Part shown: positions 23,848 through 36,169 of the stretch, piece after piece
Position numbering within the stretch: the stretch's first letter is position 1
Layout of the letters: every line of letters begins with the position of its first letter
From: Octopus bimaculoides
Taxonomy: Eukaryota
Assembly: GCF_001194135.2 (NCBI RefSeq)
Contig: NC_068981.1
Span: 123,092,897 to 123,136,296, forward strand
Length of the DNA stretch: 43,400 nt
Reading direction: 5' to 3'
The notes under the pieces: generated by a model
Databases searched by the model: none
What the model saw: the letters and a program-made list of their open reading frames with translations, nothing else
Told to the model about the DNA's origin: nothing
Made by a program: the position numbers and the translations under genes

Positions 23848-24267
23848 TGTTATACATACACACATACGAGACATATATTCTGATTGAAAGACGAATCAAC
23901 TATACTGTGGTATGTGAATGTTGTAAAACATTATTATAAATATGAAAGACATCAAAGGTCTGATTCAAACAGGAAAAACATGAAAAACATATGGATAGCT
24001 ATAAACATTTAATTTTTCTTTTTTTTTTTTCCTTTTCTATTTAAAATGGAGTGAGGGATTCGGAAATATATATAAACCAGACATTGAGACGAAACGTGAG
24101 ATACTTTTAGTAGTGAACAGCCATAAACATAATGCCACAGCCTGACGGAAAGATTAGTTAGAAAAGAGTAGTTAGGCTAGTTGAATAGAAAGTTTAACAT
24201 CACTAAGTTTCTCTTATACTGCTAGGCGACAGGAAAGGAAAATTCCTGTTTTAATCCTCTTCTACAG

Positions 24268-24404
24268 GAGAATATGTTCCATTCTATATTATAACATCGA
24301 CAAAACGGCAAATATAGAAGACATTAACATCCTAACCATTCCTGCAGTAATGTTTCAGAATCGTACACAGCCTGAAACGTACGCTGAGGCGACTCGTCTT
24401 GAAA
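24268..24404 (+). CDS. Candidate internal exon of an unidentified gene (tentative)
   Basis: Acceptor ttttaatcctcttctacag|G and donor GAAA|gtatgt. Only one frame is open (RICSILYYNIDKTANIEDINILTIPAVMFQNRTQPETYAEATRLE); phase 2 in, phase 1 out. No recognised homology. Confidence 0.25.
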
Positions 24405-25669
24405 GTATGTATGGAGTAAATTATGTGAAGCGATGATTACATTTGAAAATAAATATTTTTCCTTTCATTTAGTATTTCATAAATGCACTTCAGTAGAAAT
24501 GCGCCTCTTATATATCAAAAACATTTTTTCTTCATATCATTATTGTTATTGTATCGCTGGGATCGACTTTGCTTTTCAACCTGAAGAGGTCGGTGATATA
24601 ATTACCAACTGAGCAGTGGAGTTAATGTAGCAGAAAAGATTATTATTACTATTATACATAGCAGATTCAGTGTGAGTGTTTCTTCAAGGTATGTTCCCAA
24701 ATGGATGATGAGTATAACTAAAAACCTGTAACCTGTCGCGTAGTACTCTTTCGAGGGAATGGTGTAGTTCTACTTCGACTAAAAGCAGAAATAATATCGA
24801 AATCAAACTTTGCTGCACGTATGACCGGTGTCAGCAGTAAAACAAGAAAACAACCATTAATCATATTTTACCCGCATATTACATTTGCTGCATAGGAATG
24901 TCTCAATAAACAACAACATGTTATCTGTATTTAATTTTTTTTACAATGGTAGTACTTGCATTTGTTAAGGCTAGTAAGAAAAACGGCAGAGTCTAAACAT
25001 TCTACATTACTGTGCTAATCAACATGAATAATGATGTCAAGGTCCAAACTTTAGGATATCACCGCATTCCACGGACTCTAAGAGCAAAGCGTTACAGAGA
25101 GCAATTATTGAATTAAGGAATTTATTGACGAAGTACAGCGGTTGAAATGAAAATATTCAGATGAGCGCATCATGTGTATTTTCATATACTGGGAAAAAGT
25201 AATGTCGTAAATGAGTGATTGAAGCGTATTGACAGATGAAGATCTTTCAATCATTGAGGTTATAGTTGCTGAACTCACCGCAGAGGGCTTTTGGATTTAA
25301 TAGCTACACGGTGTACTGGGTTAGCAGTATTCAAACACACATCTACTCTCTGTGCTGTTAGATACTATGTAGCGCTGGAGCTGTTTCTTCATCTAAAAAT
25401 GAAACCAGCGTTCGGAAAGCAGTTTTCGTTTCGATCCAAATGTGCGGTTAAATAAAAAAAAAAGCTGATCTTCTCCGTTATAAGCAGATATACATGAACA
25501 ATAAAAATGTTATCAGTCGCATTCTGTCGTGAAGGGATGCAGTTCAGTGTGCTCCCTACTGATAAGTAATTTCAATATATGCAGCTGATAGTTATCTCAA
25601 ACATAAAGGCATCTGGAAAATGAAGTAAGAGAAATATAGAATATGCTTATATTCCTTTTTCCTAAACAG

Positions 25670-25926
25670 AAACACAAGCTAAAGATGAAGGATTTCTTGA
25701 TAAACCTGCTGAAAATGAATTCAAAACAAGCTTTTCCTCTCAATGCCTATCTTGTGTTAATATCAAGAATGGATTTGAATTGAATATGAGTTCTCATAAT
25801 TTAGAAATAAATAACCTTCATATGATTCTTACAAGTTCTTGTATTTCTGTATATCATCTACCTCTTCGCAAATTCAGCCATGCAAGTTGTCTTTTTCTGT
25901 TAGTGCCCAAACCTAAATTGTTCTAA
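25670..25926 (+). CDS. Candidate terminal exon, phase-compatible with 24268-24404 (tentative)
   Basis: Acceptor attcctttttcctaaacag|AA. In phase 1 it reads (K)TQAKDEGFLDKPAENEFKTSF...VPKPKLF*, 85 codons including the stop. No recognised homology. Confidence 0.2.
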
Positions 25927-26324
25927 CCGCCTTACTGGAAACAAAAATATAAGACATGAGGATCGCATTTATTTCGGTATTATGTTACTAATGAAATATT
26001 TCTTCGCTATTCAAGAACAAATTCAAAACTTCTCCCGTGTTGGACGAAATGTGTGTAGGTCATTAGGTATTTCCTTCTACCAGACTGACCCATATACAAG
26101 GTGATTGAAAAGTAACTCCCTATTTTAAAATACTTATTTATTATTAACTGTATATAACGTTTCTGTTATTTATTTTCTTACCAGACATAGAAATATACCT
26201 GCAATCTCTAACTCATTAAGCAATCTTGTAGGGACTCATTGTTTATCTAATTATGTGTTGTGGATGTATCTCAGCTGTTTTAGTTTACCGCCTTTAAAAA
26301 ATATTTTGCACAACATTGATGAGC

Positions 26325-26365
<41 letters not shown>

Positions 26366-27329
26366 TATTCGAAGAGTAGTATATTCTCCATTAAAACATT
26401 TCAGATTTGTATACGTAGGCGGATCCCCAGTCATTAAAGTTATTATTGCAATACCTCATTTATGCTTAAACATTGCCCTACAGGCAGCTTTGAGTTTCAG
26501 TACTCCACACCTTTGTAAACGCTAAATCCATTAAGCGAAGTCAATACTGCTTACACGAATACACTCTCTCCATTGGGCATATTTATACATTTATAAGAAA
26601 CTACTTTGCAAATTACCCATGGGTTACATTATATATTGAAAACATATCACCTTTCGTAATGATTAATCTTTTTTAAAATCTTTAGGAATGGTTTCACATT
26701 TCATGCGTAAATGACAGCAATTTATAAAAGTTCTTACGATCATCTTTTTCTATATTTCTTTCAGTTCCTTTTATGTTTTTCATCACTTTGAGAGAAAGAA
26801 GAAAAGAGAAATCTGTTTAACTGACTTACTAAGACAGTAGTATTGTCACTGAATAATATATACATCCTAGGTGAATGTATGTCTTGTTGTAAATTGTATG
26901 GTTATAGTTTGGTGTAGCCTGTCCAAAACGAAACGGTAATATGACGAGATCATTTTAACCCGTTAAAAATTATTCTCTGGCATGATTAAACTATAAACTA
27001 TACACGTACATAAGTACATACACAAACGCCCTCGCGCGCGCGTGTGTAATCGTGGTATGTAAGACACACTGGCGTCTTGATCTGGTTTACATGAATTTAA
27101 GCAGCAATCAATTGTTAAATCTTTCAGTTTTTATCATCAGAGCCCCTTTTAAGGCATGGGATTACTGGGCGAGTTCTCAGGGGACTCACAGGCCTAGGGT
27201 CCAATTTTGAGCCATGTATGCTGTGACGCTGTCAAAAAATTAATAAATACAGTACGGCCCAATGCACCGATTCGCTCGGTCACCAATAACGCTGCTAACC
27301 CTGCTCTGTTTTCATTGCAGACTGAAGGC

Positions 27330-28200
27330 AAATTCGACTAGAACAGTTTCAATGCCAATAAAGACAAATGAGAGAAATAACTCAACCCACCTTCATTCAC
27401 AATTCACTCGATCCTATTGAAGGCAGTCAAGTAGTAGAATTGTGTGAAGCAGCACAATCGTTAGATAAAATGCGTTGCAGTTTCTCCTATTCTGCACCCT
27501 CTCACATCAAATCCGTCTGAGACCAACATTACAGTTCATTCGTTTATGCCTAAATATTCTGTAGGGGATTCAAATTTGATTTCCATTCTCAAGGAGTTTT
27601 CCTGAACCATTTTTACGTCTTGAGCTGTTTAGGCAGGATTATTCTACACTGGGAAGTAATAACAAACTGCTTTAAGTTTCCAAGGCAATAATCAACGCTT
27701 CACTACATGTCAGGTCATCAACTTGTGCTGATGAAAATGAAACTTATACCGCGGTTCCACCTACATGTTACTTGAGTGTTGAAATTAATTTACGTTGGAA
27801 TTTATCACAGGCGCTACAAAGGCGAAGTTTTGATGCATCACTATAAAGCTCAAATCTTGGGTCATTACTACAGAGGAAATCACTCTTTATCAGAGTAGCA
27901 ATACTCCATAAAATGTTCCTTTTAGAAGCAAAATTTTAATATTTATACTAATGTAGTTTTCCCTTCATCACTTCGAAATTCTTTTGGAAGTTGCTGCTGC
28001 ATCCTTCATTCCTAAAATAATAAAATTTTCAGCTGTCCCTCAACTATAATTGGAATAGTTATAAGCTAGTATAATCAGTTTTCAGAAGCTTCTACCAAAT
28101 TCTCATTGTAACTGATAGATATCAATTATCTTCTACAGCAGGTAGATTATACCTACATCATGATAAGTAATAATATTTTAATATCTGTGTCTAAATAAAA
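27330..28200 (-). mobile_element. Possible very old Gypsy-type pol remnant (RT and RNase H pieces)
   Basis: Minus strand GMKDAAAT (27989-28012; cf. MPFGLKNAPATFQ) followed by DPRFELYSDAS (27831-27863; cf. F.L.TDAS RNase H) and EALIIALE. The spacing implies a large internal deletion. Confidence 0.4.
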
Positions 28201-29399
28201 TTTCTTTTTCTTTGAAGATATCAATTGCAAATGTAAAAATTTTAAAAAAATTGCAATTAAAAAAAAATTGCAATGTGACTTATTACCCCACAAGCTTTGA
28301 TTTAAACATTAAACGAAATTTCTTGTATATTTTCATTAAGAAAAATAAAAACCTTAAGTACACGTCATGTCATCTTCAATACTTTTCCTAACGTTTATCA
28401 TTAAAAGAAATTGAAACGAACCTCTTATCCTCTTTCTATTCGTAAAATATTAATATCCTCTTTTTTTTTTTTACATCAGATTTGGGTCTTTGAAAGTATA
28501 GAGTGAAAATCTGGAATGTTTCTGCATATGGTGGTTTTCTTGCATGAAATACTTCATGAAACGTACTACAACATCATTTCCTCGTAAAACTCCTATTAAC
28601 AGAGTGTGATGGAGGAAGTATTGCAACGTTTGGAACAAATAACCAATTTAAATTGCAATATATACTACACTTTAACGCACTAAATTTACAAACACATATT
28701 TTGCACAATTTTTGCCCATCAATGCCAGTGTGTATTTGTATATATATACGCATATTTATCGATAGTTAAAAGGTATGTTTTATAGGCATAAAAACTACGA
28801 ACATTAGCAGAATGAATCGATAAGAATATAGAGTCTGATATTTTCAATAATTTTATTGACATTAATGTCAATAAAATTGTTAAAACTGTATCGGTGTACT
28901 CATCTCTTTATCTATCTGTATCTCTTTCTAAACTAATGTGTATATATATATATATATATACACACATATGAATGTATGTATGTATGTGTGTATGTATATA
29001 TATAAAGATAAATATATACATATACATATATATTTATTTCCATATGTGTGTATGTGTGTGTGTGTCCACCTCTCTCAGAATGTGTGTTTATTTATATAAA
29101 TATGCATGTATGTATGCACTGTCTATTTTATAGATTATATGATATAGTAAAAAGAAAAAGAATATCATAGCTCAAGAGAATTCCAATATAATATGATAGG
29201 AACGGGGCCAGGAACGGAGTGAATAATGTCCGACATTTATTTTTCTGTTTTACAAATGCTTGCTGTAAAAGTATGCAAAGATGTAAAATGTAGTGTAGAC
29301 GGTGAAATTTTCTAAAAGTTTACTGCTTTCTGATTATATTATTAATTCGGAGAAATAATTTCCACTTTCTCTTTTATCATGCTATAAATTTATTATTAG

Positions 29400-30380
29400 C
29401 CCTCTCAATTTATTTGTTATTTGTTGTTAACTGACATTTTCTTGTAACAAAATTGTCTTACTTACTTCTTCACAACTACGTTCATGTCATCTATGTCATC
29501 GAATTGTTGTTCCTGAGGAATGACTTTCATTGGCGCGAGCACGTGAAAGTCAGTTACGCCAGGTACGTCCTGCAGCGAGAATAGGAGACCACCAAGCAAC
29601 CCAGTTTGTCTGGTTTATTGCCAGTGATGCATTTGATCGTACACTGTTATGGCAAATGTAGATCGTTTTCATATTCGTGTTTGGTGCCTTCCTGCTAATG
29701 ATTTCTCCCAAAGTTTAGCGTTCTCCAATGTACCTCTGGTTATTTTCACATAATTTCCAGAATGAAACATTTGTTCCCCCAATGAGTCACTATAAATTTC
29801 TGTGCTTATCACTGACTCTTCAAATTCTTAGGCCTTTGAGAAGAGATGTGACTACATACTATAGAATGAGCTTTCATTTTCGGATCATAATTATTCGGCC
29901 ACATTTTAACCCTTGTTCCATATCGAAAACAAAAACGTGTCTTCGTCAACTTCAAGCTCTTCCATCAGATCAGGGAAGACATTCACATATCTCTCCTTGA
30001 AATTGGAATATCATCTGCCAAGGTACATAGATTGCATAGATTTTTCCTATGCCCAAACAATTTCACCATCTGTTATACATTGTGACCAGTTGTGACCAGT
30101 TATACATTCTGACTTGTCTACTCGCTTGAAACAACCGCTGGTGAACGCAGTAGACGCAGATGATGTTTTTTTTTATCACTGCATAGATTTTGTCCGGTAC
30201 TGGTTTCCTCGCATTACAATTATATATCTATCGGGGTATATTGCTTTTGTCAGTGGTTTCATCTTCATAGAGAACTTTTAACCATATATTGATGTGAAGG
30301 ACCGAGCATGCGTACCTTCTTCACCAGTAGCTAAATGAATGCGAGTTTGCTCTCCTTGTAACCAGTTATTCGCCTACAAT
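29400..30380 (-). mobile_element. Mariner transposase remnant
   Basis: Minus strand KIYAIYVPWQM (cf. K..ARWVPRQL), HNSVRSNA (cf. HDNARPH), KLG....SYS, and VTDFHVLAPMK..QFDDIDDM..VVKK (cf. PSDFHLF.PMK..F...DD). Confidence 0.65.
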
Positions 30381-31139
30381 GAAGAAGAAGAAGAAGACGA
30401 ATTCCTATAGAAGCGTTACTCAGCTAATAACTGCAATTTGTTGATCAAGTATTTGTCACATTCGAAATTGCTCTCCGTCTCTTCCTCGAATAGAGAAAAA
30501 TAATTAATAACAGCCTTTTGGCTTTGAACCTCTTTTATTTCCTAATTATAAATATCAATTCTACATATTATACATGATTTGAAAGCATCTGCTAAAACTG
30601 AAGCAATTATTTCGAGAAAGAGACACTTTGACAATGGAGAAGCACAACAATACGGCTGAATATTTCGTGGGGTGTTAAAATTTTTCGCACCATATATGCG
30701 TATCTATGTGTGCGTATGTGTGTGTGTATGTGTGTGTGTGTGCGATGTGAGTGTATGTGTTTTGTGCGTGAGCGTGTCTATGTGCGGTGGAAGGAATTAT
30801 ATCAAAGCACACAAACATCCGACGACGGACATTTATCGGACAAGCTGAAATGCTTCTCAATCTGGCTGCGCTTTCTCACATATATAGAAGGATCATAATA
30901 TATCATAGGATATTAAAGAAAATTGTATTATATATTTGCATACATATACAAATACACTTATACATGGACATACACACATACATACACACGGACATATAAT
31001 TACATATATTTCAATCTAAATATCTATCACGCTATCTATGTGTGCATATACATATATAAATATGTTTGTACGTGTGTATTAAGATAGACAGAAAGACAGA
31101 TATATGCACACTAAAACATGCATACATGAATATATATGT

Positions 31140-31210
<71 letters not shown>

Positions 31211-31370
31211 TGCATAGATACAAATATACACATATATATAACATTTTATTTGTTAGCCATGATGACACAGAAGTGACTCAATGGATGGCTAGAATTTCGC
31301 AAAAGGCACCAATCAATACACTTTGCAAGAAAAAAAGGGTGTTGTGTCAATACCTATCTATTTATCTATT

Positions 31371-31407
<37 letters not shown>

Positions 31408-31742
31408 GTGCGTTGTGTGTTTGTGTGGATGTATGTATGTATATATGTATGTGCGTATGTATGTCTGTGTGTATGTATTACGTATGTACGTATGTGTGTA
31501 TGTTTATGTGTATATATTTGTTTGTATGTGTGTGCGCAGGTGCGTGTCGGCTATTAGATATATCTTCACTTATCCAAAGGGATTCATTCATCAATTCAAT
31601 ATTCATATGCTCACCATGACTCTAATGTGTCTGGCCAACACATATCAGAAAAAAAAAAACATCAATCAACATTGACATTATTGCACATGACTTATGAATT
31701 TCTGTTTTACTTTCTCTATCCAATGCTACAGCTATGTGTTGG

Positions 31743-32269
31743 TGTTAGCTTATGAAGACCCGTGAGTAACCGACCTAATAGCTGGCAGGTCTGACATCTA
31801 GGAGGCGTAACTATCAATATACAGTAGAGGATCGATGGCCGCCATGGTTAGCACTCAAGGGTAGCCCACGAACTAACCCAGTAACTGTGGGATCCCCCTT
31901 CAACTAACCACGTGACGGTGTCACACATTCCGTCTTAGCGCAATAACTTACTTTACCCCTAACCGGCATCGTTAACACTTCACTCTCCGTCTTCTCTCAA
32001 CTAACCACGTAAGAAGTTAACACATTTGTCCTTAGCGTATTAATATACAGACATGGCATTTTGAATATAACATGATTAATCGCTAGTACCCAGCCCTAGC
32101 TTCCTACCTCCTGCAGTCATATGTTTTTTGTATCCAATGCAAGAGATTATGGTGACTTGGCTCAGGGAGAGGACTGAGATGTAGGTTTCGTAAACAATAA
32201 TGCGTAAAGTCTTAATACTGCTGTGGTGAATACAGTTCCTCAAGCGTCTCTTCCTAGGATGTGCTAACA
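31743..32269 (+). mobile_element. Possible solo LTR
   Basis: 527 bp bounded by the perfect 7-bp inverted repeat TGTTAGC/GCTAACA (TG...CA). Contains an internal ~46-bp direct repeat (tcaactaaccacgt...cttagcg at ~31900 and ~31997). No clear TSD. Confidence 0.4.
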
Positions 32270-33544
32270 TTCTTTATTTGAATATGGTTGTAGATGGTGT
32301 CCAGTACCATTAAAATTCTGTATATACAGATATCATAACTAGATAGATATACACGTCGATGAAAAATGTTCTGCTAACGCTTATTAAAATAAATGTTGAA
32401 TGAATAATTCTTCACAATAGTTCCCGTTACTGTACGATTTACTCAGTATATCAATCATATTTTTCTACTTTTGAAGCTATATTTAAAATTATTTTTCATA
32501 AATTCCAGCCTTATTAGTTTGAAACCTTAAATTGACTTACTCACTGGAATCTTACAAATGTGTGCAGCGCCTTTCAATATATGACTAGTGTATTTCAATG
32601 TGATATATGATTTCGATTTTCGAAATAGCATAACTGTGCCACTCACGACTTCGTCGCTTCACCTGCGATAGCATATATCCGTTTTGTGTCATTTTATTCA
32701 ACGGTGGTCTTCATGCTTCCTCTTGTGAGTACATAACAGAAGTGCATTTCCTGACACATATTTAATTTGTTCACTTCACTTGCGTCTGTTGATTTATTTC
32801 TGGATAGATATATGAAATGTAGTCATATTTATTAACAATGTTGTAAAATTATATTGGATACATTTGTATTGTTTTCAAGACTAATCATGTATATCAATGT
32901 TAACATCACATTGGGCTTCAAGTCTATATCTGTTTTATCCTGGTGAAGGTTATATGTGTTAGGCGGTGTGATAGAATTTTACTTCTCAGAAATGTACTTT
33001 TCAAATGGAATACTTCTTAAGAAGAACTTATTGTTCAAGTGAATATTTTTAGAGTGACGCTGTACAATTTCGGTGCTAATATAATTGTTGCTGTGATTGA
33101 CATTACTGCTAAGTTTTATGATTTAGTTATATATTTTTAATATTCAGTCGAATATGAATGATATTACTAAGAGTAAATCAAATTAAAATATAGCGCCTGT
33201 CATTAGCGAGAACTAAAATCAAAACTCTGCTTAACAAATTTAAAGTTTCTTCGGTGCTTTGACCTAGTGCATAAGAGTGCATGAATCTAACATAAAATAA
33301 CAACTTTTAAATTCTGACACAATTCTAACTATCACATACAGAGTGTTGGGGTGTTTGATGAAATGAATCAACGCTGATTTTAAAAAGGAAAACTCTGCAG
33401 AATAATTTTATCGCGATTGACGATAGTACTTTGATGCATTTAATGTAAGCAGCTCCTAGACTACTATTAGTATTCACTTCATTCAATCGAAAGACCGGAA
33501 ATCAAATTTGACTCCGGTTGTATTTGAATACAGAAAGCAAATAT

Positions 33545-33755
33545 AATATTCCTTTTTGCTATAGGCACAAGGCCTGGAATTTTGGGGAGAGAGGTCAGTC
33601 GATTAGATCGACCCCAGTACACAACTGCTATGTAATTTATCGACCCGGAAACGATGAAAGGTAAGGTCGAACTCGCAGGAATTTGGCATCAGAACGTAGC
33701 GACGGGCGAAATACCGCAGAGCATTTCGTCCAGCGCGCTAACGATTCTGCCAAAG
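33545..33755 (-). mobile_element. tRNA-derived SINE (family A), near full length
   Basis: Minus strand: ggcagaatcgttagcgcgctggacgaaatgctc...gttctgatgccaaattcctgcgagttcgaccttacctttcatcg...tgtgtactggggtcgatctaatcgact...gccttgtgcctatagcaaaaaggaatatt, with A/B-box head and the family 3' tail. Confidence 0.85.
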
Positions 33756-34994
33756 TATTCGGTCCTGCACGCTATTTTTACTGCAATCAATCTACAGTAT
33801 TTCAACGTGCACATAAGTCTGAAATTCAGAAAGGCTAGACTACAAACTGTGACTGTATGCGGGACACCACTGGAACGAAAAATAATACTCATAGCCTACT
33901 AAATGTTTGAAAGTAACTGTTCCGCCTTACCAAATGTTTCATGGTTCACCATCTTTTTCAGTGAAAATGGGCTGTGATATAAGGTTAATGCCGACGATTT
34001 TGAGAAAATAGATAAAATCGATTGCATCTAGCCAGTACTTTACTGGTATGCACTATGTTATGAACTCTAAACAACGAAAAGTAAAGTAACCCTCGGTGAA
34101 GTTTGAACTAAGTATGTAACAATTCGGAAAGTAATTCGTTTAAGGAAATTACAATATTGCGAATCTACCAATAATTATATCAATTTTAACACAGGACAGA
34201 AGTTTTAGTTTTTGGCCGATATCACCGTCACAGGTACTTTATTTCATTGGGTTCGTATTAAATGAAAAATTAAATTGATTTCGGTTGCATTTTAACTCCA
34301 AACGCATGACACTGGAACAAATGATGCAAGGAAATTTTTTTTCCGATAACTCTAACGATTCTGCCAGCTGACCTTCATTCATTGCCAACTGACTATTAAT
34401 TATTTGTAACACAGACAGAGTCACACATTTTGAAGGAGATAGTCAACTAAATCAACATCGGTATGTAAATAGCTTTTATTTTACCGACGAGGGAAACATG
34501 AAGTTTGAATATGATTTGAAAGCAAAATGTAAATTGACATATCTAAATACTTCGGAATTGTCTTTGTGATGTCGTTTCGCATAAGTACTTCACTTAAACA
34601 TATTTTAAGGAATTCTGGAGGATAGAAGTCAAAGCCGATACGTGAAGGAGTTGGACTAAGAATTTGAATGATATAATTAAGGTCAACATTGCTGTTCCTA
34701 CTTCTAGAGTCGATAATAAAGTACTGATGTTCATATAAGCAACCCTTTTACTCCCGACAAATTCATATACTTGTTTCTTAAGTTAGAATTTATAATAGTA
34801 GTAGATGGCAGATCAGATGAAACGACACAAAGTACTTGGAGACATTTAATTATATATTCCTCCAGAGAAAAAAACAAACAAACAAGTGTCTGCCAAGTAC
34901 AGGGGTCGCTGCAATTGACTAATGCTCTGTTTTCCTTCTAATTCCCACAAAATTGTTAATTGTATTCCTTATTAGAAGCCATATCTATTATTGT

Positions 34995-35100
34995 TCTTAT
35001 GACGACGATATTGCGGAATCGTTAAAGCGTCAAATAAAATGCCTAGCGGTATTTCTTCTGACCGATTACGTTCGAAGTATAAATTCTGTTAACATCAACT
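34995..35100 (+). mobile_element. Degenerate family A SINE head
   Basis: gcggaatcgttaaagcgtcaaataaaatgcctagcggtatttcttctgaccgattacgttcgaagtataaattctg aligns by eye to the family A head. Confidence 0.55.
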
Positions 35101-36169
35101 GTATTTTTCATTTTTCTGTCTCTATAAAAAATAATGCCATTCAGGTACTAATATTGTATTAAAATTTGAAATAATTATTGTAAGATTGGTTGCTTGGCAG
35201 TATTGTTATGTCATCGGAGTAAAATGCTTTCCGGCTCTTTATGTACATAGTTGACCCCACCACACCGATGTCTACTTTTTATCTTTCAGATTTCATATAA
35301 TTGCGTACCAGTAAAGTATTGGAGTAAATATAATCGATTAAACTCTCTCCCTTCATATTGCTGCCTTTGTGAATTAATTTTACTCTGGGATAGAATAGAA
35401 AAATCCTGTCGTTTGTCATGTTTTTTTCCCTAAATACTACCCTACATGCGTATAATCGCTATCCTCTGTGACTCCAAATATTTTGAAGAGATCTTCGAAG
35501 TATTATTTGATGATTCTATGTTTGTTCTTATACACGAACAAAGTTAAGAAATAATACTTGAAAAATTTACACAATAATGAGAAACAGTTAAAGAAAGAAA
35601 TACAAACAGTACAAAATGGAATCACAGTTTCACAACCAGCAACCGACAAAGAATATTGCATAAATGTAAATAGGAATGAAAATGGTAATAAAAGCGGAAA
35701 ACAAAGAAAACGGTGACAAACGCAAAAAATATTTCACACATTATTACATCTAAAAGTAGTCAGCTTACAGAAAAAAGAATCCCTCCTCACAAAATTCAGC
35801 TTCCTTTCCTGTAGATTTTATTGAAGAATTTGTGAAAGAAAAGTGACCGACTTTTTATCAAATAATGAAAATCATATGGGATTATATGATTGGTCTTCAC
35901 GACCGAGTATAAGGAAAAACAACAAACTGAATTGGAGCCTAGTAGGTTTTAAAACACCAGAACATAGGATGCAGTAGAATGTAGGATTTCTCGAGGCGTT
36001 CCATCGACATTGACTCGAAGTCCGGATAGGTGAGAAAAACGACAGGAAGCTTGGTGGTGTGTTGAGGGCTAGAGCTGTAACTGATCGCGTGACTGCAACA
36101 AGGAATGTGAAAAGACATGTGATACAGGGCAGAAAAATAAAACTATTATTCTTGTAACAATACTAGTCA

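Noticed and set aside
24575-24625. Second hammerhead-like motif: CTGAAGA, a near-perfect 10-bp hairpin (ggtcggtgat/attaccaact), then GAGCAGTGGAGTTAA
   Set aside because: The essential GAAA is replaced by GAGC, there is no NUH with a proper stem III, and it overlaps a SINE-like gatcgactttgc segment. At best it is a dead relic.
27321-27420. Apparent terminal exon (ttttcattgcag|A CTG AAG GCA...TAT TGA; LKANSTRTVSMPIKTNERNNSTHLHSQFTRSY*)
   Set aside because: No linked upstream exon or homology was found, and it adjoins or overlaps the antisense Gypsy-like remnant. It cannot be distinguished from chance.
29521-29561. Perfect 9-bp inverted repeat TGACTTTCA/TGAAAGTCA
   Set aside because: It lies inside decayed mariner coding sequence (TDFHVLAPMKV) and is most likely coincidental.
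34976-35048. Exon-like segment SHIYYCSYDDDIAESLKRQIKCLA, phase-compatible with 34415-34460
   Set aside because: Most of it is a degenerate SINE tRNA-like head.
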